Source: a virus
Virus record (IMG/VR): IMGVR_UViG_3300045974_000102
Location: 51,883 to 115,882 of that record
Reading direction: 5' to 3' (one strand)
DNA: 64,000 nucleotides
Below, piece by piece: positions 20,592 to 29,601 of the stretch (positions are counted from its first letter, which is position 1; every line of letters begins with the position of its first letter). Below the pieces are notes generated by a model, which was not told the DNA's origin, made no database searches, and saw only the letters and a list, made by a program, of their open reading frames with translations. Both the position numbers and the translations under genes were made by a program.

Positions 20592-22124
20592 TTATCCACT
20601 TACTGTCCAACCCTTGGCTGTTGCTATGGTTCTAGTGCAACCAGCTGACCCAGGATTATTTGTTATTGTTACTATCTGACCTGTTGTGTTACCAAGCGCA
20701 GTAAATAAATTATTTAATGCTGCTGCTCCGAGAATAGAATTTGAAATGGAAATATTTCTAGTAACTTGTATAGGAGCACTTGTTAAAGACCAGCAGCTGG
20801 AGAACATGCTAGTAAAGGCAGTTCCTGTTGCTGATAACATATTAAAAGATGGTATTGCATACAAAGAATAACAGCTGGTGAACATACTGGTAAATAGTGT
20901 TCCTGAAGATAGATTAAATAATGGAACTGTTTGTAAGGTATAGCAACTATTAAACATATTACTGAAATTTGTTCCTTTACTAGTATTGAACAATGGAACT
21001 CTTTTTAAAGAATAACATTGCTGGAACATAGCTGCGAAGTTTGTAGAATTTCCTGTATCATAGAGCGGAACAGTTTCCAAAGAAAAACAACTCGTTAGAA
21101 AATTTTGAAAGGTATTTCCTAAGGATGTATTTAGTAATGGAGCTTTTTGTAAACTATAACAGTTGGTGAACATACTGGTAAAGATTACACCGTGCGATGT
21201 ATCGAATGACGGGACTGTTTGTAAACTATAACAGTTGTTGAACATACTACCGAAAGCTGAGACGTTAGCTGTATTAAGTAGCGGAACTATTATCAAATTC
21301 CAGCAGCCCTGGAACATAGTAGTAAAGATTTGTGCTGCTGATGTATTGTATAATGGAACTGTTTGCAAGCAATAGCAGGTAGCGAACATGGATGTAAAAT
21401 TTATACCTGAAGATGTATCCAAAAATGGAGCTACTACTAAAGAATAACAGTACCAGAACATCTGGGTAAAGTTTATTCCATGTTCCGTATTAATTGAAAC
21501 TGACTGCAAAGAATAAAAGTTGGCAAACAGATTAGTGAAGTCTGTCTGAGCATTTGTGCCAATCCATATAAATTCTTCTAGGATACTGTGGCTCCATACA
21601 GCGGAGAACGTTGCTAAGGTACCAGCATTATTCAAAGCCATCTTGCATGATAACCATTTACTGAATCTGGTATTAGTTAGAGAGGTAGGTGTGCCAAGAT
21701 TAATGCTAGATAATGTTTGTCCTGCTTGCGGAGTAACGACTATTAGAGCCTGTCGATATCCACGACTGCACCACGAGCCAGAAGGAACTCCAGCATAGAC
21801 AAGGTTATGTTGAACTGTAATGCCAGACGCTACATTTTCTGAAGTTCCATCCCCCCAGTCTACATGATAAGCCCCAGCTGCAGCTAAAGTCACATAGTTG
21901 GTATCATAACTGAATACTGCATAAGAGCCAGCGAATATTTGGTCAGTATCAACAATCGTAGGAAAAGTAATCCAATCATCTGGACGAGCCCAGGACTCTT
22001 TAGTTCCAGTAATAATATTGCCCCATATGCCTTGTGCCTGTAATTCTTGCTGATTCTCTATAGGGAAAATTCCACCTAAGCCTGGTCTGCGATAACCAAT
22101 GCTACTAGAATCTGTTCGTCTCAT
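20592..22124 (-). CDS. BspA/DUF285-type LRR protein, putative receptor-binding/fibre protein
   Basis: About ten 24-aa repeats NFTSMFxxCYSLxxVPLxNTSxG; VDWGDG PKD-like motif; TAKGWTV end. Confidence 0.8.
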   Translation of the reverse strand: MRRTDSSSIGYRRPGLGGIFPIENQQELQAQGIWGNIITGTKESWARPDDWITFPTIVDTDQIFAGSYAVFSYDTNYVTLAAAGAYHVDWGDGTSENVASGITVQHNLVYAGVPSGSWCSRGYRQALIVVTPQAGQTLSSINLGTPTSLTNTRFSKWLSCKMALNNAGTLATFSAVWSHSILEEFIWIGTNAQTDFTNLFANFYSLQSVSINTEHGINFTQMFWYCYSLVVAPFLDTSSGINFTSMFATCYCLQTVPLYNTSAAQIFTTMFQGCWNLIIVPLLNTANVSAFGSMFNNCYSLQTVPSFDTSHGVIFTSMFTNCYSLQKAPLLNTSLGNTFQNFLTSCFSLETVPLYDTGNSTNFAAMFQQCYSLKRVPLFNTSKGTNFSNMFNSCYTLQTVPLFNLSSGTLFTSMFTSCYSLYAIPSFNMLSATGTAFTSMFSSCWSLTSAPIQVTRNISISNSILGAAALNNLFTALGNTTGQIVTITNNPGSAGCTRTIATAKGWTVSG

Positions 22125-22483
22125 TAAGAAATCTCCTCATATGAAGCAATTGCCTCAAGATAAGAGTTTAGGTCCGCTGTAACACGGAGATCATCACCTT
22201 CTTCAAGATAAATAGGTATATCCTTACCTATTACAATAAGTGTTGATTTAGGAGGAACAGATATCATATATGCTAATCTATAAGCAACTGATGAGCGATA
22301 TATGTCAACTGTTATATTACCATTCAGAGTTCCATTCACATTAGCTATAGAAAGTCCATTTATCTTTAATACTTTACCACTAGCTTCTGGATTAGTAATT
22401 ATTGTCTGTGCTGAATTAGTGACAGCTAGAACTGCTGTTTTGCCAATAATTGTAGTGACATTTACTATATTAGGTGCTGCCAT
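22124..22483 (-). CDS. Small fibre-associated structural protein
   Basis: MAAPNIVNVTTI..YLEEGD..ASYEEIS, coupled to neighbours. Confidence 0.55.
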   Translation of the reverse strand: MAAPNIVNVTTIIGKTAVLAVTNSAQTIITNPEASGKVLKINGLSIANVNGTLNGNITVDIYRSSVAYRLAYMISVPPKSTLIVIGKDIPIYLEEGDDLRVTADLNSYLEAIASYEEIS

Positions 22484-22484
22484 T

Positions 22485-24263
22485 TTAGCCTCCGAAGACT
22501 ATGGACATTGCTATTGCTTTTCCTGTAGATAAGCCACCACTAAATGAGCCACCACTAGATGGCTGCGCTAAAGTATTTATCCATAGCATACCTTCTATTG
22601 GCGATGGTGGTGCTGATGCTGAGATGATTATTTGATTGCCTTGAGGACCAGCACTTCCTGATGCGCCCTGCGGACCGATAGCTCCTGAGGCACCCTGAAA
22701 GCCCTGTGCGCCAGTTCCAGCAGGCCCTTGAAAACCTTGTGGTCCAATAGTGCCAGACGCTCCTTGTGCACCAGCAATAGACAATCCTGAGGCACCTTGA
22801 GTGCCCTGAAAGCCCTGCGTACCTTGGTTACCGCTGGCACCTTGCGTTCCAGTTCCTGTAAGTCCTTGGAAGCCTTGTGGTCCAATAATTCCAGATGCAC
22901 CCTGATTGCCCTGAAATCCCTGAGGGCCCGCTGCTCCGCTAGCTCCTTGTGTGCCAGTTCCGGCAAGTCCCTGAAAGCCTTGAGGCCCCATTGCTCCTGA
23001 TGCGCCTTGTGTGCCAGGTCCTCCAGAGGCACCCTGTGGCCCGGTAATAGAGAGACCAGAAGCACCCTGTGTGCCTACCCCAGTAAGTCCTTGGTATCCT
23101 TGTGGACCAATAGCTCCGCTTGCTCCCTGAAATCCCTGTGGACCAGTGGAACCAGAAGCGCCTTGGTTGCCAGTAAGACCAGTTAGTCCCTGTAAACCTT
23201 GAGTGCCCTGATTTCCACTAGCCCCTTGAGGACCAACTACGGTAATGCCTGATGCACCCTGAACGCCTATACCACTTGCACCTTGAAAACCTTGAAAGCC
23301 CTGAGGTCCTGGTCCTCCCGATGCACCTTGTGTCCCATTATTGCCATTAGCACCTTGGGCTCCTTGAGAGCCAGAGGCACCAGTCAGGCCTGTTAAGCCT
23401 TGAAAACCTTGATATCCTTGAGGGCCCTGTATAGTCCCAACATTATTCCAATAAGTGCCTGTCCATACATATAAATTACCAACTACTAGATAGCTATCTC
23501 CTGGAGCACCAGATGGGTGTGCTGCAACAAGAGCACCAGATGTAGCATAAGAGCCAAGTATAGATACACCTGTGCCAGCTGAACCTTGATTACCTTGTGT
23601 TCCTGTGCCACCTGAGGCACCCTGGTATCCTTGAAAGCCTTGATATCCCTGGCTTCCTTGGTTGCCTGATGCTCCTTGATATCCCTGGAAGCCACGTAAA
23701 CCAGAAGCTCCTTGTGTGCCATCAATACCAGAAGCGCCTTGGAAACCTTGAAATCCTCTTAATCCAGATGCGCCTTGAGTTCCTACTAGGCCACTTGCTC
23801 CCTGAAAACCTTGAGGACCTGTAATAGATAGACCAGATGCACCTTGAGTTCCTGCAAGGCCTTGTAATCCACTTGCGCCCTGAAACCCTTGGTAACCCAT
23901 AGCACCAGATGCTCCCTGAGCTCCTGGGGCACCTTGTGGGCCTGTAATGGTTAATCCTGAAGCTCCCTGAGTGCCCTGGAAACCTTGTGGGCCTGTAGCG
24001 CCTGAAGCGCCTGATGTAGATAGTATTTTCCAGTTAGCATTTGCGATACCACCAACTAGTTGATAATTCCCACTTGCAGATACTACATATACAAGCATAC
24101 CTTCACGGCGTCTTTCAGTGGTTATATTGTCACGCTCAGTTAGATCTGCGACTTCTCTATGTCCACCTTTACCATATAAAGAGTCGTGAACAGGATAGAC
24201 GTCTGTCGTATCTGATGGTGCTATAAATCCGCCTACACGGACTGATCCTGGTATAGTAGCCAT
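22485..24263 (-). CDS. Collagen-like (Gly-X-Y) fibre protein
   Basis: Two long GXY blocks (GPQ, GFQ, GAS, GTQ) separated by a globular GDSY..LYVWTG..WNNVG spacer. Confidence 0.9.
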   Translation of the reverse strand: MATIPGSVRVGGFIAPSDTTDVYPVHDSLYGKGGHREVADLTERDNITTERRREGMLVYVVSASGNYQLVGGIANANWKILSTSGASGATGPQGFQGTQGASGLTITGPQGAPGAQGASGAMGYQGFQGASGLQGLAGTQGASGLSITGPQGFQGASGLVGTQGASGLRGFQGFQGASGIDGTQGASGLRGFQGYQGASGNQGSQGYQGFQGYQGASGGTGTQGNQGSAGTGVSILGSYATSGALVAAHPSGAPGDSYLVVGNLYVWTGTYWNNVGTIQGPQGYQGFQGLTGLTGASGSQGAQGANGNNGTQGASGGPGPQGFQGFQGASGIGVQGASGITVVGPQGASGNQGTQGLQGLTGLTGNQGASGSTGPQGFQGASGAIGPQGYQGLTGVGTQGASGLSITGPQGASGGPGTQGASGAMGPQGFQGLAGTGTQGASGAAGPQGFQGNQGASGIIGPQGFQGLTGTGTQGASGNQGTQGFQGTQGASGLSIAGAQGASGTIGPQGFQGPAGTGAQGFQGASGAIGPQGASGSAGPQGNQIIISASAPPSPIEGMLWINTLAQPSSGGSFSGGLSTGKAIAMSIVFGG

Positions 24264-24272
24264 GTAGTCCTC

Positions 24273-25346
24273 TTAGCTTATAATAATGCCTACAGCTCCG
24301 CCCATTACATTGGTTGACCTGTGAACATTATAGTTAGTTACAATTCCATTTGCATTAGTTACAGAGACTGTATAGACTGCTTCAAATGGTATGTCTAGAT
24401 TTGTGCCAGAGTCCTTGAAGGAAGTAGCTGTGCCTAATACAGATGGGTAGCTTAAATACTTATAACCGCCTGCAGCAAATGAATATGTTGCTGCAAGGCC
24501 TGCCGACAAGCCTGGTATTCTTAATGCTTTAATATTTGCTTCAGCAAGAGACGTAAGTGCGCTTTCACCATAATACCTCATCCATTGCCAAGAAACTGCA
24601 TAATCTCTTATGAAATTAGCTGACTGAGTATTAGTTCCTGTTATTCTCCAAGTATTAGAGGTAGCAGTTACTTTCTGCACTGAACCCATCGCCAACACTT
24701 CAGTTCCGTCATTTAGCAGACTGGAACCCAGTGTGGAGCTTCCAGTAATGTCTTGTATCATTATGCTATTAGTATTTATATTGCCTGGATTTGTAGTGCC
24801 CCAAGTGAATGTTTTGGAGCCTGAAATAGTCGTGCCTACTTCAACTGGTGTAGATACGCCTGTAATGCCGAATGAGTTGAAGGCTGGGACTTGATATGGG
24901 TAGAGTAGTGAGTCCCACATTTGTGTCATTGTCTTATTAGAAAAAGTTGTATTTTGTGCTATACCGCCTATAGCTGTTGGAACTAATGTGGCATTAGTAT
25001 ATGTTGGTGCCGATACTACTGTTTTATAAGTTCCATCGTCAGATAAAAATGTAGAGCCACTACCTGCTGCTGTAATGACATCTAAGGTTGTTTTATTTAA
25101 GTGTGAATGTCTTGCTGAGGTATTTAGAGCTATATCTGAGTGAACAAAGGCTCCTAAGTGTGTTGCTACAGCACCACTAGCGGCACCTGATGCATCTGCA
25201 CCTATAGTAGCCGCTGTTATTGTTATAGCCTCTATGCCTGTTTCATCTGTCTTAACTCTAAGCCACTTACCACCTGAGCCAGTATAAGTTGTCAAAGTAT
25301 CAAGTAGGTCAGTAAACTTTCTATACGCTCTGTTGATAATACTCAT
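24273..25346 (-). CDS. Putative fibre/virion structural protein
   Basis: Thr/Ser/Gly-rich; FTDLLDT..YTG and FLSDDGTYK fibre-type motifs. Confidence 0.6.
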   Translation of the reverse strand: MSIINRAYRKFTDLLDTLTTYTGSGGKWLRVKTDETGIEAITITAATIGADASGAASGAVATHLGAFVHSDIALNTSARHSHLNKTTLDVITAAGSGSTFLSDDGTYKTVVSAPTYTNATLVPTAIGGIAQNTTFSNKTMTQMWDSLLYPYQVPAFNSFGITGVSTPVEVGTTISGSKTFTWGTTNPGNINTNSIMIQDITGSSTLGSSLLNDGTEVLAMGSVQKVTATSNTWRITGTNTQSANFIRDYAVSWQWMRYYGESALTSLAEANIKALRIPGLSAGLAATYSFAAGGYKYLSYPSVLGTATSFKDSGTNLDIPFEAVYTVSVTNANGIVTNYNVHRSTNVMGGAVGIIIS

Positions 25347-25400
25347 TACCTAACCCTAGCGTGCCGCTACTTATTTGGTAGCGGCACTTGTTGTGGGATA

Positions 25401-25583
25401 TTACTTCTTGTCACCTTTGCCAGAAATGCCAACTACCATAGTATTCTGCATGCCGCTTTTCTTTCCGCCAGTAGTCTTAGCTCCAGCCATTGCGTGCTGT
25501 GAACCGGAAGTCTTCATTTTGCCACCAGTAACTAGTGGTTTGTTTCCGCCTGATGCTGTAGTTTTCTTACCCATTTTTGCCAT
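25401..25583 (-). CDS. Small basic Lys/Gly-rich protein
   Basis: AGGAGG RBS; 60 aa. Confidence 0.7.
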   Translation of the reverse strand: MAKMGKKTTASGGNKPLVTGGKMKTSGSQHAMAGAKTTGGKKSGMQNTMVVGISGKGDKK

Positions 25584-25598
25584 GTTATTTATGCCTCC

Positions 25599-25715
25599 TT
25601 AGCACTTTTTCTTGTCTTTCATTGGCTTGCTGCTTTTGCAAGCGTCTGTTGTCTTCTCTTTACTGCCACTTGTCTTCTCTTTCTTTGCGAAAGGATTTGG
25701 TTTCTTAGTTGCCAT
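25599..25715 (-). CDS. Small basic Lys-rich peptide (38 aa, not in track)
   Basis: AAGGAG RBS; MATKKPNPFAKKEKTSGSKEKTTDACKSSKPMKDKKKC*. Confidence 0.7.
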   Translation of the reverse strand: MATKKPNPFAKKEKTSGSKEKTTDACKSSKPMKDKKKC

Positions 25716-25726
25716 GTGTTTCTCCT

Positions 25727-26266
25727 TTATTCAGGTAGTTGGAAGTTAACAATGTCTACGCTAGTGCCTTGGCGGTTAGCGTCGGAGTTAAGATAAATAG
25801 TAATAGTGCAGTCACCTGCTGGGACAACAAATGAGATATCACTCCAGTTAGTAAAAGGCTGTGCCTTAGTGCCTGGGAATGGTGCATTCCAAGCCTTGCC
25901 AGCTACACTACATTCATCAACCCCATTAACTTTCTTTGTAATATAAATGCTAATAAACTGATAGCTAAGTGCAGCACATCTAGCTTTCAGTGTAGCAGTT
26001 CCACCTTTACTGCCGACAATAGACTTTTCAAGTTGGTATTGATTGCCTGTAGTCTGTCCGACTGGCATATAAGGTAGCTGAGGCGGATTCCAATACTTGC
26101 CTGGATGCGCACTTAGGCCTACTTCGCCAGAAGGGCCGATATTGGGGAAGCTGAATGTTGGTGGATCAGCTTTTGGTCTTGCTGGCCCAGTTGACTGGTC
26201 CCATGTTCCATTATTAAGTGTTAGTTTCCATCCACTTAGATCGCCTTGATTAAATTGTGCTTTCAT
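25727..26266 (-). CDS. Hypothetical protein, possible beta-sandwich/carbohydrate-binding-like
   Basis: AAGGAG RBS; aromatic/beta-rich. Confidence 0.55.
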   Translation of the reverse strand: MKAQFNQGDLSGWKLTLNNGTWDQSTGPARPKADPPTFSFPNIGPSGEVGLSAHPGKYWNPPQLPYMPVGQTTGNQYQLEKSIVGSKGGTATLKARCAALSYQFISIYITKKVNGVDECSVAGKAWNAPFPGTKAQPFTNWSDISFVVPAGDCTITIYLNSDANRQGTSVDIVNFQLPE

Positions 26267-26281
26267 AAACTCTCCTTAGTT

Positions 26282-26525
26282 TTACTTCCCCATTTTTACA
26301 CGGAAAAGTGCGTGACATCCACTCATTAGTTGCTGTGAGCCTCTTTTAAGTTCACCTGCTGGAGCAAATGGTATGTGTAAATCTTTTTCTTCTATGGCAT
26401 TAGCTTCAGACGTTGCAAAGCATCTTGGGACGTTATCATGTATATTATCATGATGCTCTTGCCAAGCTAACATTGATGTTACGAAGACTAATAATAATAG
26501 TGTTACAATGAGCATTTTATTCATA
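26282..26525 (-). CDS. Hypothetical protein with N-terminal signal/TM segment
   Basis: MNKMLIVTLLLLVFVTSMLA after AGGA RBS. Confidence 0.5.
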
Positions 26526-26531
26526 TTAGTC

Positions 26532-26720
26532 CTAGTGCTTCCAGCGCTTTGCATTTAAAGCGAATGTAGCACGCTTGCGCTGTAGTGTAGTAGACTTTGG
26601 ATTAGCCATTACAGATTTAGCATGTTGCTGCACTGTCTGCCCTGCGCGTTTAGCTGATGCTGTAAATTTACCTTTGTTCTCAGGCTTTATGCTGATTTTG
26701 TCTTCGATCTTCTCTGCCAT
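26532..26720 (-). CDS. Small basic protein (IKPENKGKF..FALNAKRWKH)
   Basis: GGAGG RBS; basic helical peptide. Confidence 0.7.
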   Translation of the reverse strand: MAEKIEDKISIKPENKGKFTASAKRAGQTVQQHAKSVMANPKSTTLQRKRATFALNAKRWKH

Positions 26721-26959
26721 TTTGCCCTCCCTACCATTAGATCTTTAAGCTCAGGATGTTTCTCCACGTGACACTTAAGACATAATGTTATACCATTTTC
26801 TATAGTATACCTCAATTTTGGATATTCTTTATAACTTTTTATATGGTGTGCGTGCATATAACGCTTTTTACCAGTATTACCGCATTCTCTACACATATAA
26901 CTATCTCTTAACTTAACAGCCTTAGCCCACATTATGTGCTTAAGTGAGCGCTTCTTCAC
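26687..26959 (-). CDS. HNH endonuclease
   Basis: RDSYMCRECG..HAHHI..NGITLCLKCHVEKH. Confidence 0.9.
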   Translation of the reverse strand: MKKRSLKHIMWAKAVKLRDSYMCRECGNTGKKRYMHAHHIKSYKEYPKLRYTIENGITLCLKCHVEKHPELKDLMVGRAKWQRRSKTKSA

Positions 26960-27889
26960 TTAAGCGCCAGAAGTAGTTAAATATACTTTTAGTGTATCAC
27001 CTGCAATATTGCAATAATAGTTAAGTGGAACAGATAGTCCTGTCTCTATGTCGTATCGTCTAATGTTTATGTATCTAGATACATCTTGGTCTGGATTTAA
27101 GTTCTTATTAAATCTAATAACAATTGGGTTGCACTTAGTGTTGTTTACTGATTCATGATCTGGAATGGTTGAAATAACTCTAAGTGGAATAGCGTGGTCC
27201 GATAGTGTGTGTATAATTGTAGACGTTGGTGTTGTTATTGTATATTTTGATGTAGTGAAGTCTATTTTAAGTATAGACTTAGTGCCTTCGGCTTTATAGC
27301 AATCAAAAGAGATAGTATCATTGTGTAGCCAAGTTCCATTGAGCGAAATTGTAATATCGCCAAGGTTTATAGGTTGATTAATGATATATGAAAATGCACC
27401 AAGATAAATACCATTTTTTAATACGTCTAGCGAGCCAGAGCTTGCTATTGTAATAGAATATGTAGCACTAGAGCTTCCAGTGTATGGACTTAGAACATTA
27501 ACTGTGCCTGAACTACTTTTTGTGAAAGCACTTATTGTAGACTTAGAAAGATACCGTAAGGGATCATTTCCTGGCAAAACTGTAAGATAATACTTCTTAT
27601 CTGCTACTAAACTTACAGTTGGAGATATTTTTACCTTGCTGCCTTCTATAGTAAAATTAAATGGAAAATAAGTATATTCACCAGATGTATCAAGGACATC
27701 GCTCCATTGATTGTCTAAGATAGACAATTCAGGCCCAGTCCATAGTCCATTTGTTAACGTATATAGTGCTATACCATTTTGAACAGTAAAAGGGTCAATT
27801 GGCTGATTAAACTCTATTTCTATTTTTGTATCAAGCGGCACACTAATGCTGCCTGCTAATGGTGTTGAGTTTAGTGCTAATAAATCCAT
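26960..27889 (-). CDS. Ig-like (Big_5/SbsA-type) domain virion protein
   Basis: STP..VPLDTKIEIEFNQPID and second ISTIP..IVIRFNKNL repeat. Confidence 0.65.
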   Translation of the reverse strand: MDLLALNSTPLAGSISVPLDTKIEIEFNQPIDPFTVQNGIALYTLTNGLWTGPELSILDNQWSDVLDTSGEYTYFPFNFTIEGSKVKISPTVSLVADKKYYLTVLPGNDPLRYLSKSTISAFTKSSSGTVNVLSPYTGSSSATYSITIASSGSLDVLKNGIYLGAFSYIINQPINLGDITISLNGTWLHNDTISFDCYKAEGTKSILKIDFTTSKYTITTPTSTIIHTLSDHAIPLRVISTIPDHESVNNTKCNPIVIRFNKNLNPDQDVSRYINIRRYDIETGLSVPLNYYCNIAGDTLKVYLTTSGA

Positions 27890-27901
27890 TATCTGCTCCG
27901 A

Positions 27902-28285
27902 TTAAATGTAAATCGCGTCTTCTTCATCATCGTGAAGGCCAAAGAGGACTATGCCGTCTTCTGCGTCAGCAACTGGGGATAAAATCATTCCTTGACCATC
28001 ATAGCCCTGCTTAATCTCTATAGTCTCAATAAATTCTTCTTCGAACTCTTTAAGCCCTGCATTACTTACATTAGCATACAGACTTACAAGCTTATGAAGT
28101 TTTCTATAGTAAATTTCGTCTAAAGACGTAGAGAGTTGGTCCATTACCTGTCTATAGACCCTATCGGGAATATCAAAGGCATATCTGAGAATAGCATATG
28201 TAGATACTTGATCTTCAAGCATTCTATCCATCTTTGATAGATCTTGTTTAAATGAAAGCCATTTTAGATTAATTACGAAAACCAT
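27902..28285 (-). CDS. Hypothetical acidic protein
   Basis: AGGAG RBS before ATG at 28285. Confidence 0.6.
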   Translation of the reverse strand: MVFVINLKWLSFKQDLSKMDRMLEDQVSTYAILRYAFDIPDRVYRQVMDQLSTSLDEIYYRKLHKLVSLYANVSNAGLKEFEEEFIETIEIKQGYDGQGMILSPVADAEDGIVLFGLHDDEEDAIYI

Positions 28286-28331
28286 ATTTATACTCCTGTC
28301 CATTAGTATTTATAGGTGTTATTAACGCACT

Positions 28332-28373
28332 AAAAGAAAAAAGGCGACTCTGTGAAGAGCCGCCCTTTCTTTT
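28332..28373 (-). terminator. Intrinsic (possibly bidirectional) terminator after major capsid gene
   Basis: GGCGACTCT-gtga-AGAGCCGCC stem flanked by A-run and T-run. Confidence 0.75.
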
Positions 28374-28395
28374 ACTACTAGTCGCAATCTTTCGA

Positions 28396-29574
28396 TTACG
28401 TCATTGCTGTCCAAGTATTCATTTCCGGATACTGGATGCCAGAAGCAGCAAGAGTAGCAGTAGTGTAGCCGAAGTCAGCCATACGGTTAGGTACGACTTT
28501 AACGTTTTTAACTACGCCAACACCACGACCTTCGTTCAGCATCGAGATACCATACTTCTCACGAAGTCTGATAGCTTGGATGTCTCTCTCTGGGTCAGTC
28601 CACTGGAAGTGGTTGATGTTTTCTGCTTGCACAATTGCACCAGCGTTTTCTGGGTCAATGAAATAAATGCTAGTTGTCTTAGCAACCGGATCAAAAGGCA
28701 CCTGAGGAGAAACCATTACACTGAACGGAACGTTTAGGTAAGGTGGAAGAATAGGTGTGCCTTTGAAGTCGACAGGCATATTTTCACCAGGTCTCGGGCC
28801 GCCTTTCGACATACCAAGTCCTGAGAAGAAGTCGTCACGCTTTACGCCCTGGACATCATAAGCATTGAATAGAGGACCAGAACCGTTTCTCCATGCGAAC
28901 ACACGTAGAATCGGGTCTTTAACCCACATTGCCCAAGACATTGGGTGCATAACGATAACAGTAGGAGCGAAGCCTTCTTGAAGCATTGCAGCATAGACAT
29001 CAAAGAAGTCTTCTGCTGTGAAGCTATAGTTCCAGTTGCCAGCACCATCGCGGCCTGTAAGAGGACGCTGTAGCACTGATGCAGTTGGGTTTTTGTTGTC
29101 AACAAGGGTAAGAGCTTGTTTCTCGAAGAGATTGAAGCAGATACGGTTTTTCTTTCTTGCGAAAGCTTTACCAGCTGCTTTTAGCCAGAATGAGATGATA
29201 TCCCACTGAGACTGCTCAATCATTTCTTCAGTAAGAGCAAGTTTGATACCGTATTTACGGATATCAACTCTGATTACTGCCCCTCCGCCCATTGTGATCT
29301 CTTCAGTGCCATACTCGGCACCGGGAGCTACTTCTTCGATAGTGTCCATTGCGCCAAGAGCAGGAAGCTGGATATAGATACCATCTCTCTGATTGATCAC
29401 ATTAAACAGTTGGTTAGCAATAAGATGTGGCTCAGCGGCCTCTCTTACTACTTCACTAATGGCAATCGGGACAAGCTTGGAAAGATCTGTGTTGTTCAAC
29501 ACGTCTTTTAGTCCAATATCGCCTTTTGACTGTCCATCAGTCAGTTTTAGAAGCTTGTGTTCTAAATCAAACAT
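28396..29574 (-). CDS. Major capsid protein (HK97-like)
   Basis: 392 aa; EVAPGAEY..IRKYGIKLALTEEMIEQSQWD; IVMHP; follows protease and decoration genes; GGAGG RBS and terminator. Confidence 0.9.
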   Translation of the reverse strand: MFDLEHKLLKLTDGQSKGDIGLKDVLNNTDLSKLVPIAISEVVREAAEPHLIANQLFNVINQRDGIYIQLPALGAMDTIEEVAPGAEYGTEEITMGGGAVIRVDIRKYGIKLALTEEMIEQSQWDIISFWLKAAGKAFARKKNRICFNLFEKQALTLVDNKNPTASVLQRPLTGRDGAGNWNYSFTAEDFFDVYAAMLQEGFAPTVIVMHPMSWAMWVKDPILRVFAWRNGSGPLFNAYDVQGVKRDDFFSGLGMSKGGPRPGENMPVDFKGTPILPPYLNVPFSVMVSPQVPFDPVAKTTSIYFIDPENAGAIVQAENINHFQWTDPERDIQAIRLREKYGISMLNEGRGVGVVKNVKVVPNRMADFGYTTATLAASGIQYPEMNTWTAMT

Positions 29575-29601
29575 TACTTAATTCCTCCATTACCATTAGT
29601 A

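Noticed and set aside
20900-21500. Near-identical DNA repeats suggesting DGR template/variable repeats or CRISPR
   Set aside because: They are the coding LRR repeats; no reverse transcriptase, adenine-specific pattern or spacers seen
22628-24000. Alternative-frame ORFs and tandem repeats
   Set aside because: By-products of Gly-X-Y collagen coding
26687-26959. HNH as intron-encoded homing endonuclease
   Set aside because: Flanking genes look intact and closely packed; no intron structure evident
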